From positions 1 to 43,147 of the forward strand of contig JAISOT010000212.1 of the NCBI GenBank assembly GCA_031275465.1: a stretch of DNA of 43,147 nt, given 5' to 3'. The notes beneath the pieces were generated by a model. That model was not told where the DNA came from and ran no database searches. It saw only the letters and a list, made by a program, of their open reading frames with translations. Source of the DNA: Desulfovibrio sp. (GTDB lineage Bacteria > Desulfobacterota > Desulfovibrionia > Desulfovibrionales > Desulfovibrionaceae). The first letter of the stretch is position 1. Every line of letters starts with the position of its first letter. Positions 17,736 to 26,058 of this stretch are shown here, piece after piece. Position numbers and translations under genes: made by a program.

Positions 17736-18837
17736 GCATTTTCCCTCCTTGGTTGTCCTGAGCCGCTGTTTCCGCTGAAAGAAACGGCTCGCACCGCGCA
17801 TCTCCATTGTTTCGCAGTTTTGCAAGAATGGCTGCCGCTTCCTCCCCCTCCAGAAAAAGTCTGGTGCTTTCCGGCACCAGACAATGCAGGGATGCGCAGG
17901 GGCCTGACTCCCGCAAAATCTTCCTGACGATTGACGCGCTGACAGTGTGCCCTCCTGCCCGCAATCTCGGAATAATTTCCAGCGCAATGCCGTAGTCCGG
18001 CAGAATGCGGCGCATGGCCGCGTTGTACTTTTCCGTCAGCTCGCAATACGGCTCCTCGCCGGCGAAACGCCGCCGGATGGAGAACGGCGGCGCGATGCCG
18101 CAGGCGAAAATGGTAATGTCGAGCTCCGCGCAAACATCTGTCGCCTCATCAACCGACTTGAGAAAATACGTCGGGAACGTGGCGGCGGAAATCATATACG
18201 GCCCGCTGTCATGGATACGGACATTGGGTATATCCGCCGTGCCTTCACGCAAAAGGCGCTTGCGCACGTGAAACGGAAAAATTGAACGATCTTCCTCCAC
18301 AAGAAAAATATGCAGCACAGGACAGCGGGCGGCGGCATATTCGATGAGATGGCGGTGTCCCAGGGTAAACGGATTGCAGTTCATGACAACGGCGCCCGAA
18401 GGAGTATGCGCGTCTCCCGGGGACAGGCTTTTTTCGGCGAAGCGCGAGAAGCCGTTGTTCAGATTTTCAAGAAGCATCGCCCGCGGTGTTGCCGCAACAA
18501 CGAAAAAGCCGCTCTGTTGAAAAAAAACACCGTTTTCCGGTTTGGTAAACACCAGAAGGCGGGTGTTTCCGCGCTGGAACTGCCATGTGGAAAGACGGGA
18601 AAGTATGGATCCGAGCAGATTGCGCCCCCGGGCCTCCTCATTGACCGCGAAGCACTTGAGCACCCGTCCGGAGCAGCAGCCGCAGGCGATCAACGCATCG
18701 TTTTCATCATACGCGCCCACGGCGTACTCTATATCCTCTTCATACCGCAGGCCGTGCCGTTCCAGAAAATCGCCCAACGTGCGCCGTTCCCGTTCGGAGC
18801 GGGGATACACTTCCCGCAGGGCAAAAGAATCGCTCAT
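17644..18837 (-). CDS. citC: [Citrate lyase] ligase
   Basis: GNAT-like N-terminus; VMNCNPFTLGHRHL, YMISAATFPTYF, GEEPYC, SASIVR. Confidence 0.92.
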   Translation of the reverse strand: MSDSFALREVYPRSERERRTLGDFLERHGLRYEEDIEYAVGAYDENDALIACGCCSGRVLKCFAVNEEARGRNLLGSILSRLSTWQFQRGNTRLLVFTKPENGVFFQQSGFFVVAATPRAMLLENLNNGFSRFAEKSLSPGDAHTPSGAVVMNCNPFTLGHRHLIEYAAARCPVLHIFLVEEDRSIFPFHVRKRLLREGTADIPNVRIHDSGPYMISAATFPTYFLKSVDEATDVCAELDITIFACGIAPPFSIRRRFAGEEPYCELTEKYNAAMRRILPDYGIALEIIPRLRAGGHTVSASIVRKILRESGPCASLHCLVPESTRLFLEGEEAAAILAKLRNNGDARCEPFLSAETAAQDNQGGKMHVGAEKKRYCRDAGIQRYSSHHCSQSRQGD

Positions 18838-18940
18838 ATCCCCAGACCGTTTCCCAAAATGCCCTTAACCCCTCTGCATTCGGCGTTAGAGCGAATTACC
18901 GTTGAAAATGTATACGTTGTTCTGCAGGCGTATGCTCCAA

Positions 18941-18956
18941 TGCAAAAATCACTCCA
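18941..18956 (-). promoter_or_regulatory. sigma54 -24/-12 promoter upstream of citC
   Basis: Minus strand TGGAGTGATTTTTGCA (GG-N10-GC with TTGCA). Confidence 0.6.
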
Positions 18957-18995
18957 AAGCAGAAATTTATGCCCTGCGGCGGTTTTTTTGTCTTG

Positions 18996-19012
18996 TGTTG
19001 CAGTTATGTTGC
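18996..19012. promoter_or_regulatory. Second copy of TGTTGC-N5-TGTTGC
   Basis: TGTTGC-AGTTA-TGTTGC, same hexamer and spacing as 12977-12993. Confidence 0.55.
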
Positions 19013-19206
19013 GGCGTTGTGAAAGAATCTGCCAATCCTGGGAATTCCGGTTTTCACGCCTTGCGCTTTTGCCTGCGGAGAGTATGCTTTTGCCGGAAGG
19101 CGCAAGGAGCGGGTCGCGGAGCATGGCCTTTTGCGCGAGGCTGTTCTCGCGCGGGGGCATGCCTTGAGTTGCTCGATCAGGCCGCAATCGAAAAACAGGC
19201 ACCACC

Positions 19207-19758
19207 TTGGCTCAAAACCAGAATATTTTCGAACCGCTCAGCGGTTTCGCCGGCTTGCAGGCCATCCTGGACAATCGCGAAGAGCGCGTGACGCGTCAGA
19301 GAGAAATGCTCAGGCAGTACGCGTCGCCGCTGGTTTCCTTTACAGTCAATATGCCCGGAGCGTCAAAAAACAATATTGCCGCCCTTCGCATTTTTCGGGA
19401 GGGAATGAAGTCCGTGGAAAGGCTCATAGCCGGGAATGGTTGGGCCGTTCTCGCGCAACGCCGCCATTCGTCCCCTGCCGGCCCGGAGGCTCTTGCGTGC
19501 GTGCAGGCGGCGCCGTATGACCTCAAGCGGGCCATGCTCCTGCTTGAGGAAAACCACCCTTTGGGACGCCTGTTTGATTTTGACGTTCTGACTCCGGAAG
19601 GCCGCGGCATTTCCCGCGCCCGTTTCGGCAAGCCAATGCGGTCCTGCTTCCTTTGCGGCAATCCGGCCGCCCTCTGCGCCCGTGAACAAAAGCACAGTCT
19701 TGAGGCGCTGCAGAATCATATCAGGGAACTGCTCCTTCCCTTTCCACCATGTGAATGA
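19207..19758 (+). CDS. citX: Citrate lyase holo-ACP synthase
   Basis: LDNREERV.RQ, FTVNMPG, GPEA, LEENHPLGRLFDFDV, RSCFLCG..A..CAR. Confidence 0.9.
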   Translation: MAQNQNIFEPLSGFAGLQAILDNREERVTRQREMLRQYASPLVSFTVNMPGASKNNIAALRIFREGMKSVERLIAGNGWAVLAQRRHSSPAGPEALACVQAAPYDLKRAMLLLEENHPLGRLFDFDVLTPEGRGISRARFGKPMRSCFLCGNPAALCAREQKHSLEALQNHIRELLLPFPPCE

Positions 19759-20806
19759 AAAGGGCCAAACTCAGCATATCGGCGCTCCCGCCCGGGCTCA
19801 ACCGCCTGGAAAGACACAGTTCACGCAGCAGGGCAAGACCCTCTCTGCCTTTTTTGGTCAGCATACCCCGGTGTTCCAGAACTCTGTCCGCCCCTTTCTG
19901 TACTAGGGCGAGCCCCTCGGGCCCTCCACGCCAGAGCAGATTTGTATCCGCGTTATTCTTCATCAGAAAAAGCAGCGTGTTGACCAATGCCGCGTTATAA
20001 TCCCCTTCTTCCAGCCATCCCCGCAAGGCGGCCACAGCCTGGGGAAGAAGCGGGAAACCCCGCTCGGCCTCACCCCTTACCCCTGTCACTCCGAAACGGA
20101 GGTATATCCATTCGCCTGCCGTCAGAGCGCGCCCAAGGGCTTGCTCTGCCCGTTCGACGCATTCTGCTTCTCCCTTCCCCGCCAGTTCCCTGAGACGGCA
20201 AAAGTCACGGGCAACAATTCCCTCCACAAAAGAAGAAGCCGTCCCGCACAGCGACGCCGCCGACAATTTTTCGTCCGCGGCAAGCAGTCTGCCTGCGGCG
20301 GCGCAAAAAAGCCCCATGGAAAAAATAAGTCCCTTGTGGGTGTTCACCCCGCAGGTCACGGCGAACATTGCGCGTTCAGCCTCCCGTCCTTCCCCGCGCA
20401 GCAGGGGAAATACGGCCCGGGCTTCAAGGCCGGCCGTGTCCCTGCCGATGTCCGCCACATCCCGAAAATAGGGATACAGGCTGACGGCGCTCGCAATCAT
20501 GGTTTGAATATCCATGTCCGTGTGCACTCCGGCCGTGTCAGCGCAAACCAGTCCCGGTTTTTCCGTGGCCGCCGCTTCGTGGAGAACAGCGCGCAGAGCG
20601 CATGAGGCAATCATGTCCGCCTGCCGCGCGTGAGGAGTTAAGGACGCATTCACCGCCGCGCTCTTCTGTAACAACGCGCGCGACAGCTCACAGCGGGCGC
20701 CGGGCGTGACTTCCGGCAGGCCGCGCGAAGCGTTTGCCAGAAAGGAGGCAGCCCCGAAAGCCATATTTCGGGGCTGTACATTAAGGCCTTGCACACATTT
20801 TTGCAC
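19721..20806 (-). CDS. citG: Triphosphoribosyl-dephospho-CoA synthase
   Basis: KPGLV, HTDMD, GVNTHKGLIF, GVRGEA, DTNLLWRGG, LSPGGSADML; start codon uncertain. Confidence 0.9.
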   Translation of the reverse strand: MQKCVQGLNVQPRNMAFGAASFLANASRGLPEVTPGARCELSRALLQKSAAVNASLTPHARQADMIASCALRAVLHEAAATEKPGLVCADTAGVHTDMDIQTMIASAVSLYPYFRDVADIGRDTAGLEARAVFPLLRGEGREAERAMFAVTCGVNTHKGLIFSMGLFCAAAGRLLAADEKLSAASLCGTASSFVEGIVARDFCRLRELAGKGEAECVERAEQALGRALTAGEWIYLRFGVTGVRGEAERGFPLLPQAVAALRGWLEEGDYNAALVNTLLFLMKNNADTNLLWRGGPEGLALVQKGADRVLEHRGMLTKKGREGLALLRELCLSRRLSPGGSADMLSLALFIHMVEREGAVP

Positions 20807-20832
20807 ACGCCCAAAAACCTGAAACCGGTAAA

Positions 20833-20908
20833 TGGTGGAGAAGAGGAGATTTGAACTCCCGACCCCCGCCTTGCGAAGGCGGTGCTCTCCCAGCTGAGCT
20901 ACTTCCCC
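20833..20908 (-). tRNA. tRNA-Ala(CGC)
   Basis: GGGGAAGTAGCTCAGCTGGGAGAGCACCGCCTTCGCAAGGCGGGGGTCGGGAGTTCAAATCTCCTCTTCTCCACCA; 76 nt, anticodon CGC, G3.U70, encoded CCA. Confidence 0.97.
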
Positions 20909-20946
20909 ATAAATAAGTTATGGCCCGAAAAACAATTGAGCTATTT

Positions 20947-20975
20947 TCTTTAGGCAAGTATCATGGTTCTGTCAA
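20947..20975 (-). promoter_or_regulatory. sigma70-type promoter of tRNA-Ala
   Basis: TTGACA-N17-TAAAGA. Confidence 0.55.
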
Positions 20976-21004
20976 GCGCTGTTTCGGAATGAATTCGGTG
21001 TCCG

Positions 21005-21100
21005 GGCAGTGAGAACGGCGATTGAATCCGGCTGCGAAGTTGTTATTCCGCCCAACAAGAATCGTCCCAACAAGAATCGTAACGAACAGCGCGATAATGA
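21005..21100 (+). mobile_element. Short relic of an IS5-family transposase
   Basis: Translates AIESGCEVVIPPNKNR(PNKNR)NEQRD, resembling the VIPPKKNRKxQRxYD motif. Confidence 0.55.
21051..21080. repeat. Perfect 15-bp tandem duplication
   Basis: CCCAACAAGAATCGT x2. Confidence 0.95.
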
Positions 21101-21197
21101 ATTTTTGAAAAAGCCTCCAGCCGTATTGCCCTTTGCCGGCTTTTTTTATAAAACAGCCCCATTGCATGTCACTCTGACCTTGAGAAAGAAGGCCGCC

Positions 21198-21536
21198 ATG
21201 AACGAAGAAGTACTTGACTGGAAAGAAGCCATGACGCGCGTGCTCAACAAACGCGAACTCTATAGCAGGTTACTCGGCAAATTTATTGATTCGGAACAGG
21301 ACAGCGGCACAAGGATATCCCAGGCTCTCTCCGCCGGCGAAACGGAAAGGGCGCGCAACCTTGTGCACACCACCAAGGGCGCGGCCGCCAATCTGGGAGC
21401 AAAAGCCCTGGCCGCCGCGGCGCTGGAACTGGAAATGGCCATTAAAGCCAGCGCAGACACGACCAGCGCCATGGCGCACTTCAACTCCGCGCTGACAGAC
21501 ACGCTTGTGGCCATGCAGGCCTTCCGGGCCCAGTAA
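21198..21536 (+). CDS. Stand-alone Hpt phosphotransfer protein
   Basis: 112 aa; LVHTTKGAAANLGA phospho-His motif; start MNEEVLDW. Confidence 0.88.
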   Translation: MNEEVLDWKEAMTRVLNKRELYSRLLGKFIDSEQDSGTRISQALSAGETERARNLVHTTKGAAANLGAKALAAAALELEMAIKASADTTSAMAHFNSALTDTLVAMQAFRAQ

Positions 21537-21672
21537 AAAATCCGTCCCGGCCCTCCTTTGCGGCAAAACAAACGGAGCGAAAAACAGTTGCCCGTCTGTC
21601 GCTCCGTGAAGTATCCTTGCGCCGCCAGCCAGCTTTTCGGACTTGCCGGCGGCGGCTGCGATGTCCTGCCTG

Positions 21673-24600
21673 TCAGGCCCAGAATATCAAGCCGGTTTCC
21701 AAAGGCGAGCCCAGGGCCTTGTGCGTGGGCATGAAGCGTATGCCGTAACGGTACAGCCCGGTGTGGGACGGAATGTACGCGGCGGAAAATTCCACGCCGC
21801 CCGCTGTCTGCTTGGCGACCAGACGCAGGCACTCGGGTCTGTTCCTGAAGTTGCCTCCAGAGTATGTCTGCCCCACCACAAGCTGGGCCAGAACTTCATC
21901 CGGCCGCATGTCGCCAAGGTGGACGCGCACCCGGACGCTGACGGGCTCGCCGCAGGTCATGGCATTGTTCTCCAGCCCGCCGATGATGATTTCCTCTACC
22001 TTCAGGGTGCTGAAACGCACTGCCAGATCCTTCTGCCAGAGAGCCAGTTCCCCGCACAACGCCCCGTTGTCCGCCACCAGCATATTCCGGCGTCTGGCGG
22101 CCGGCAGATAGGCCCAGCCGATGTAATCGCGCAGCATGCGGTTGGAGCTGAACATCGCCGTCAAACTCTTCATGGAACGTTTGGACATGTCAATCCATCC
22201 GTCGGGCGTCCCCAGGGCGTCACCGCTGAAATAAAGCGGCAGGACATGGTCTTCCAGCATGGCGTACAGCGATTCGGCATCGTCATAATCATTGGGGCCT
22301 TCACGCGGCAATTCCGTCGTCAGGACCGGGCCGATGGTCCAACCGTTCTGACGGTTGTAGCCTTCGCACCACCAGCCGTCGGAAACGCTCAGATTGATGC
22401 CTCCGTTGACGGGCAGCTTCATGCCGCTGGTTCCCGAAGCCTCGTGCGGCCTGCGCGGGGTATTGAGCCACACGTCGCAACCCTGGGAGAGCAGACGCGA
22501 AATGCCGAGGCTGTAGTCTTCAATAAAAAATATTTTTCCCAGGAAACGCTCATCCAGAGTCAGCCGCACCACCTGCTGGATGAGATCAATGCCGGGCTCG
22601 TCGGCGGGATGCGCCTTGCCGGAAAAGACAAAACAAACCGGCCTGTCGGGATTGTTCAGAATTCCGGCAAGCCTGTCAGGATCGGCAAAGAGCAGGGTCG
22701 CCCGCTTGTAGGGCGCAAATCGCCGCGCAAAACCGATAATCAGGGTCTTCGGCGTGAGGCGTCTCTCCATCCCCAAGCGCTTCTCCCGTGAAATTTTGAA
22801 TTTTTCCGCATAAGCGGAAAGCTGCGTGCGCAGGTAATTCAGCAGCATTTCCTTCTGGCTCATGCGCACCGCCCAATAGGCGTCATTGGGGATGTCGTCC
22901 ACCTTCTGCCAGACGGGAGATCCCGGCGGGGCCGAAATCCAGTCCGGCCCGAGATAGGCGGTCAGCAGCTCCTTCATCTGCGCCCCGACATACGAAGGCG
23001 TGTGTACGCCGTTGGTGACGTAGTCAATGGGAGTTTCCGCCTCTGGCAGGCCTTTCCAGAGATTGCTCCACATGCGGCGGGAAACTTCGCCGTGCAGACG
23101 GCTTACGCCGTTGGCCCGGAAAGAAAGTCGCAGGGCCAGCACCGTCATTTCAAAGTGTTGCGTATTGCCCCCCTCCATCTGACCCAGGCGCACGAACTGC
23201 TGCCACTCAAGGCCCAGGTTCGCGGCTATGCCGCTGAAATAGCGCTCCATGAGATCCAGGGCAAAGGCCTCGTTGCCCGCCGGCACCGGCGTATGGGTAG
23301 TGAAGACGGTATTGGCCCGCACCCGCACCACGGCTTCCTCATAGCTCATGCCGGCTGCCATGTATTCGTTCAGACGTTCCACGGCAAGAAAGGCGGAATG
23401 CCCTTCATTCATGTGATACACGCACGCTTCTATGCCGAGTTTGCGCAGCAGGCGCACGCCGCCTATGCCCAGCAGCATCTCCTGAAGAAGGCGGATTTCA
23501 CGGTTGGCTTCGTACAGGCGGTCGGTAATGTGCCGGTCTTCTTCTGTGTTGCGGCGCGTATCCGTATCCATAAGGTACAGGGCAACCCGTCCCACCTGCA
23601 TTTTCCACACCCTGGCATAGCAGATGCGGCCCGGCAGTTCCAGCTGGACAAAAACGGGTTCCTCAGCCTCGTCATACATCACGCGCACGGGAAGATGCGC
23701 AAAATTGTTGACGGGATAGTGGGGAATCTGGCGTCCCTCCTGATTGATTTCCTGTCTGAAATAGCCGTTTTTGTACAAAAGCCCTATGCCCACCAGGGGG
23801 GTGGCCATATCCGAAGCCGACTTGAGATGGTCGCCGGAAAGCACGCCCAGGCCCCCGGAATAGATGGGCACGGATTCGTGCAGGCCGTATTCCGTGGAAA
23901 AATAGGCAATGGGGCAGGCCGGGGACACGTCATCGCTCAGAACGCGTTGCGGTTCGGCCATATAGGCGTCAAATTCCGCCAGAACCTCATTGTAGAGCGC
24001 GCGGTATTCCGCATTGTTCACAAGACGGTTCAGACGTTCCGGATCGACTTCCTCTATCAGACGCAGCGGGTTGCGGCATTTGTCCCAAAGCTGGGGGTGC
24101 AGCGTGAAAAAAAGCTCCTTGGCCTTGTCGTTCCAACACCACCACAGATTGGAGGCGAGATCGCGCAGCCGCACAAATTCCTTCGGCAATCCGGCCACCG
24201 CCATGACCTGGCGCAAAAACGGCGTGACGGACGAGGAGGCGGCCAGTATGCGGATAAGCTCACGGCTGCCCTTCTCCTGCGCGGTGCGCGATTCCGCCTT
24301 GTCCAGCGCCAGCCTGAAGGCTTTGATATAGTTTTCATAAAAGTACTGCCAGGAGGTCTTTTCCGCCAGGGCGCGCGCATTTTTGCGATGCAGGCCGATA
24401 TTCTCCAGCGTGCCGGCGACGACCTTCATTATGAGCTGATGCAGCTCATTGACGCACTGCTCCTGCCCAACGCCGCGCCTGGCCATGACAAAAACGCCGG
24501 AATGCTGTTCCGCGCCCTGCCCCTCATGGCTTTTGACCCACATGCCGAAGCCGGAAAGATCCGTAGTGACGGTCGGCACGGCCCAGGCCGCGCACTCCTG

Positions 24601-25920
24601 CGGCGTGTATCCCCAAGGTTCGTACCAGGAGGGGAAAAATCCCGCGTCACAGGCGGAAAGCACATTTTCGTAGGGCATGTTGAAAAAGCCGTCTTCGCCG
24701 TCCAGCATGGCCGGCACAAAAATCACCTTGATGCGCCGTCCGGGCCTGTTGTCAAGCCCGAGACGCCGGCAGGCGTTAATGACCGGATCTTCCGGGGCAT
24801 TCCAGGCGTGATGCGTGCAAATAAAGGGATTGCCGTCGTCGCTGGCCCCTGGGTCGCCGGAAACAGCCGCCTCGTTGACGCCCGTATGCCCGCCCATGAT
24901 CAGGCAGAGAACAAGTATCGTGACCTCAGTGCCGGCCAGGCTCTGCGCCGCCCGCGCCACGGCTTCCAGAAAGACGTCCACGCCCTTGTTGTGCATTTCA
25001 TAACGGCCGGAAATGACAAAAATCCACATGTTGTCCGGCAGCTTGCAGCGCAGAAAACGCTCCGACGCCGCTATGATGCCGGCCCGTCTGCCGGCGGGAT
25101 CCGCCCTGTCCTCGGAATAATCGGGTATGACGCGAAAATCCAGGCCGTTCAGCGTAATCACGTCCGGCTGGCGCCCCAAGAAAATGGAAGATTCCTCGCC
25201 GGTGATGGGGCTCACCGTGGTAAAGGCGTCAGCCTCCCTTGCGGAAACGCCTTCCATGGAGCATTTGGCGGTAATGTTGTGCGCCGCCGCCTCCTGGGCC
25301 GGGTTGAGGCTGCGCAGGTTGCTGTAAATATCCCGCCCCGTGCCGGCCAGCGCCCGGCCCAGCATGGTGGCGTGGGTGGTAAAGACCGTGCCGACGCCGG
25401 GAGACAGTTTTTTGAGGGTCAGCAGACCGGCGCCGCACATCCATTCGTGAAACAGGGCCACAGATCTGTCGCCCAGAGGTTCCACAAGGGTTTCATGGAT
25501 GGCGGCGATAACCTCGCCACATGCCGAGGCGAACATGACCGGCTCAATATAGTCCCAGCCGCCTGAAAGCGAATCGATCCCGTAATTTTTCCAGAACTCG
25601 TAAAGCAGCTGGTTGCTGGAGTAGCGCTTGGAAAAATCCACCAGAATGGCCTTGGGATTGCCCGGAATACTCCACCGTCCCAGGCGGCATTTGAGATCCT
25701 TGACGGCCAGCGCCATGCGCAGGGAATCCCAGATCTGTTCCTCTGTTTCAACAAAGCCGTGGCTGTGCTGCAAACTCGGCCCCAGCAGGAAATAGTCCTC
25801 GCCGAAGGCCTCCACGGACTGGAGTGCCTTGCTGCTGATGACGGAATAAATGCCGCCGACCTTGTTGCAGACTTCCCAGCTGACTTCAAAAAGAGTGACC
25901 GGGGAATTGTTGAAGTCCAT
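21673..25920 (-). CDS. glgP: Glycogen synthase (GT3)-alpha-glucan phosphorylase (GT35) fusion
   Basis: N-half EVSWEVCNKVGGIY, GRYEMHNKG, PSWYEPWGYTPQEC; C-half YSGGLGVLSGDHLK, HMNEGH, ARRFAPYKR, EASGTSGMK; start MDFNNS after GGAGA. Confidence 0.92.
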   Translation of the reverse strand: MDFNNSPVTLFEVSWEVCNKVGGIYSVISSKALQSVEAFGEDYFLLGPSLQHSHGFVETEEQIWDSLRMALAVKDLKCRLGRWSIPGNPKAILVDFSKRYSSNQLLYEFWKNYGIDSLSGGWDYIEPVMFASACGEVIAAIHETLVEPLGDRSVALFHEWMCGAGLLTLKKLSPGVGTVFTTHATMLGRALAGTGRDIYSNLRSLNPAQEAAAHNITAKCSMEGVSAREADAFTTVSPITGEESSIFLGRQPDVITLNGLDFRVIPDYSEDRADPAGRRAGIIAASERFLRCKLPDNMWIFVISGRYEMHNKGVDVFLEAVARAAQSLAGTEVTILVLCLIMGGHTGVNEAAVSGDPGASDDGNPFICTHHAWNAPEDPVINACRRLGLDNRPGRRIKVIFVPAMLDGEDGFFNMPYENVLSACDAGFFPSWYEPWGYTPQECAAWAVPTVTTDLSGFGMWVKSHEGQGAEQHSGVFVMARRGVGQEQCVNELHQLIMKVVAGTLENIGLHRKNARALAEKTSWQYFYENYIKAFRLALDKAESRTAQEKGSRELIRILAASSSVTPFLRQVMAVAGLPKEFVRLRDLASNLWWCWNDKAKELFFTLHPQLWDKCRNPLRLIEEVDPERLNRLVNNAEYRALYNEVLAEFDAYMAEPQRVLSDDVSPACPIAYFSTEYGLHESVPIYSGGLGVLSGDHLKSASDMATPLVGIGLLYKNGYFRQEINQEGRQIPHYPVNNFAHLPVRVMYDEAEEPVFVQLELPGRICYARVWKMQVGRVALYLMDTDTRRNTEEDRHITDRLYEANREIRLLQEMLLGIGGVRLLRKLGIEACVYHMNEGHSAFLAVERLNEYMAAGMSYEEAVVRVRANTVFTTHTPVPAGNEAFALDLMERYFSGIAANLGLEWQQFVRLGQMEGGNTQHFEMTVLALRLSFRANGVSRLHGEVSRRMWSNLWKGLPEAETPIDYVTNGVHTPSYVGAQMKELLTAYLGPDWISAPPGSPVWQKVDDIPNDAYWAVRMSQKEMLLNYLRTQLSAYAEKFKISREKRLGMERRLTPKTLIIGFARRFAPYKRATLLFADPDRLAGILNNPDRPVCFVFSGKAHPADEPGIDLIQQVVRLTLDERFLGKIFFIEDYSLGISRLLSQGCDVWLNTPRRPHEASGTSGMKLPVNGGINLSVSDGWWCEGYNRQNGWTIGPVLTTELPREGPNDYDDAESLYAMLEDHVLPLYFSGDALGTPDGWIDMSKRSMKSLTAMFSSNRMLRDYIGWAYLPAARRRNMLVADNGALCGELALWQKDLAVRFSTLKVEEIIIGGLENNAMTCGEPVSVRVRVHLGDMRPDEVLAQLVVGQTYSGGNFRNRPECLRLVAKQTAGGVEFSAAYIPSHTGLYRYGIRFMPTHKALGSPLETGLIFWA

Positions 25921-26058
25921 ACGATCTCCGTTGGTTGATGACGTCCCGCACCGCTGCGGCAAACGATACGCAAATGTGTCCGCGCGCCGGCAGGGCGTTC
26001 GCAACAGCCATGAAAACAAGTCACGGGAAGCAGCTGTGCGGCCCTGCGGCTTCGGACC

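Noticed and set aside
19207-19758. citX as an invertible cassette
   Set aside because: No flanking inverted repeats found and its 3' end overlaps citG
21051-21080. CRISPR-like repeat
   Set aside because: Two abutting 15-mers, no spacers, no cas genes; no array seen anywhere in the window
21009-21197. N-terminal extension of the Hpt ORF
   Set aside because: Better explained by an IS relic and intergenic DNA; the Hpt domain starts at 21198
23002-25566. 854-aa plus-strand ORF
   Set aside because: Antisense shadow of the synthase-phosphorylase gene, expected at high GC
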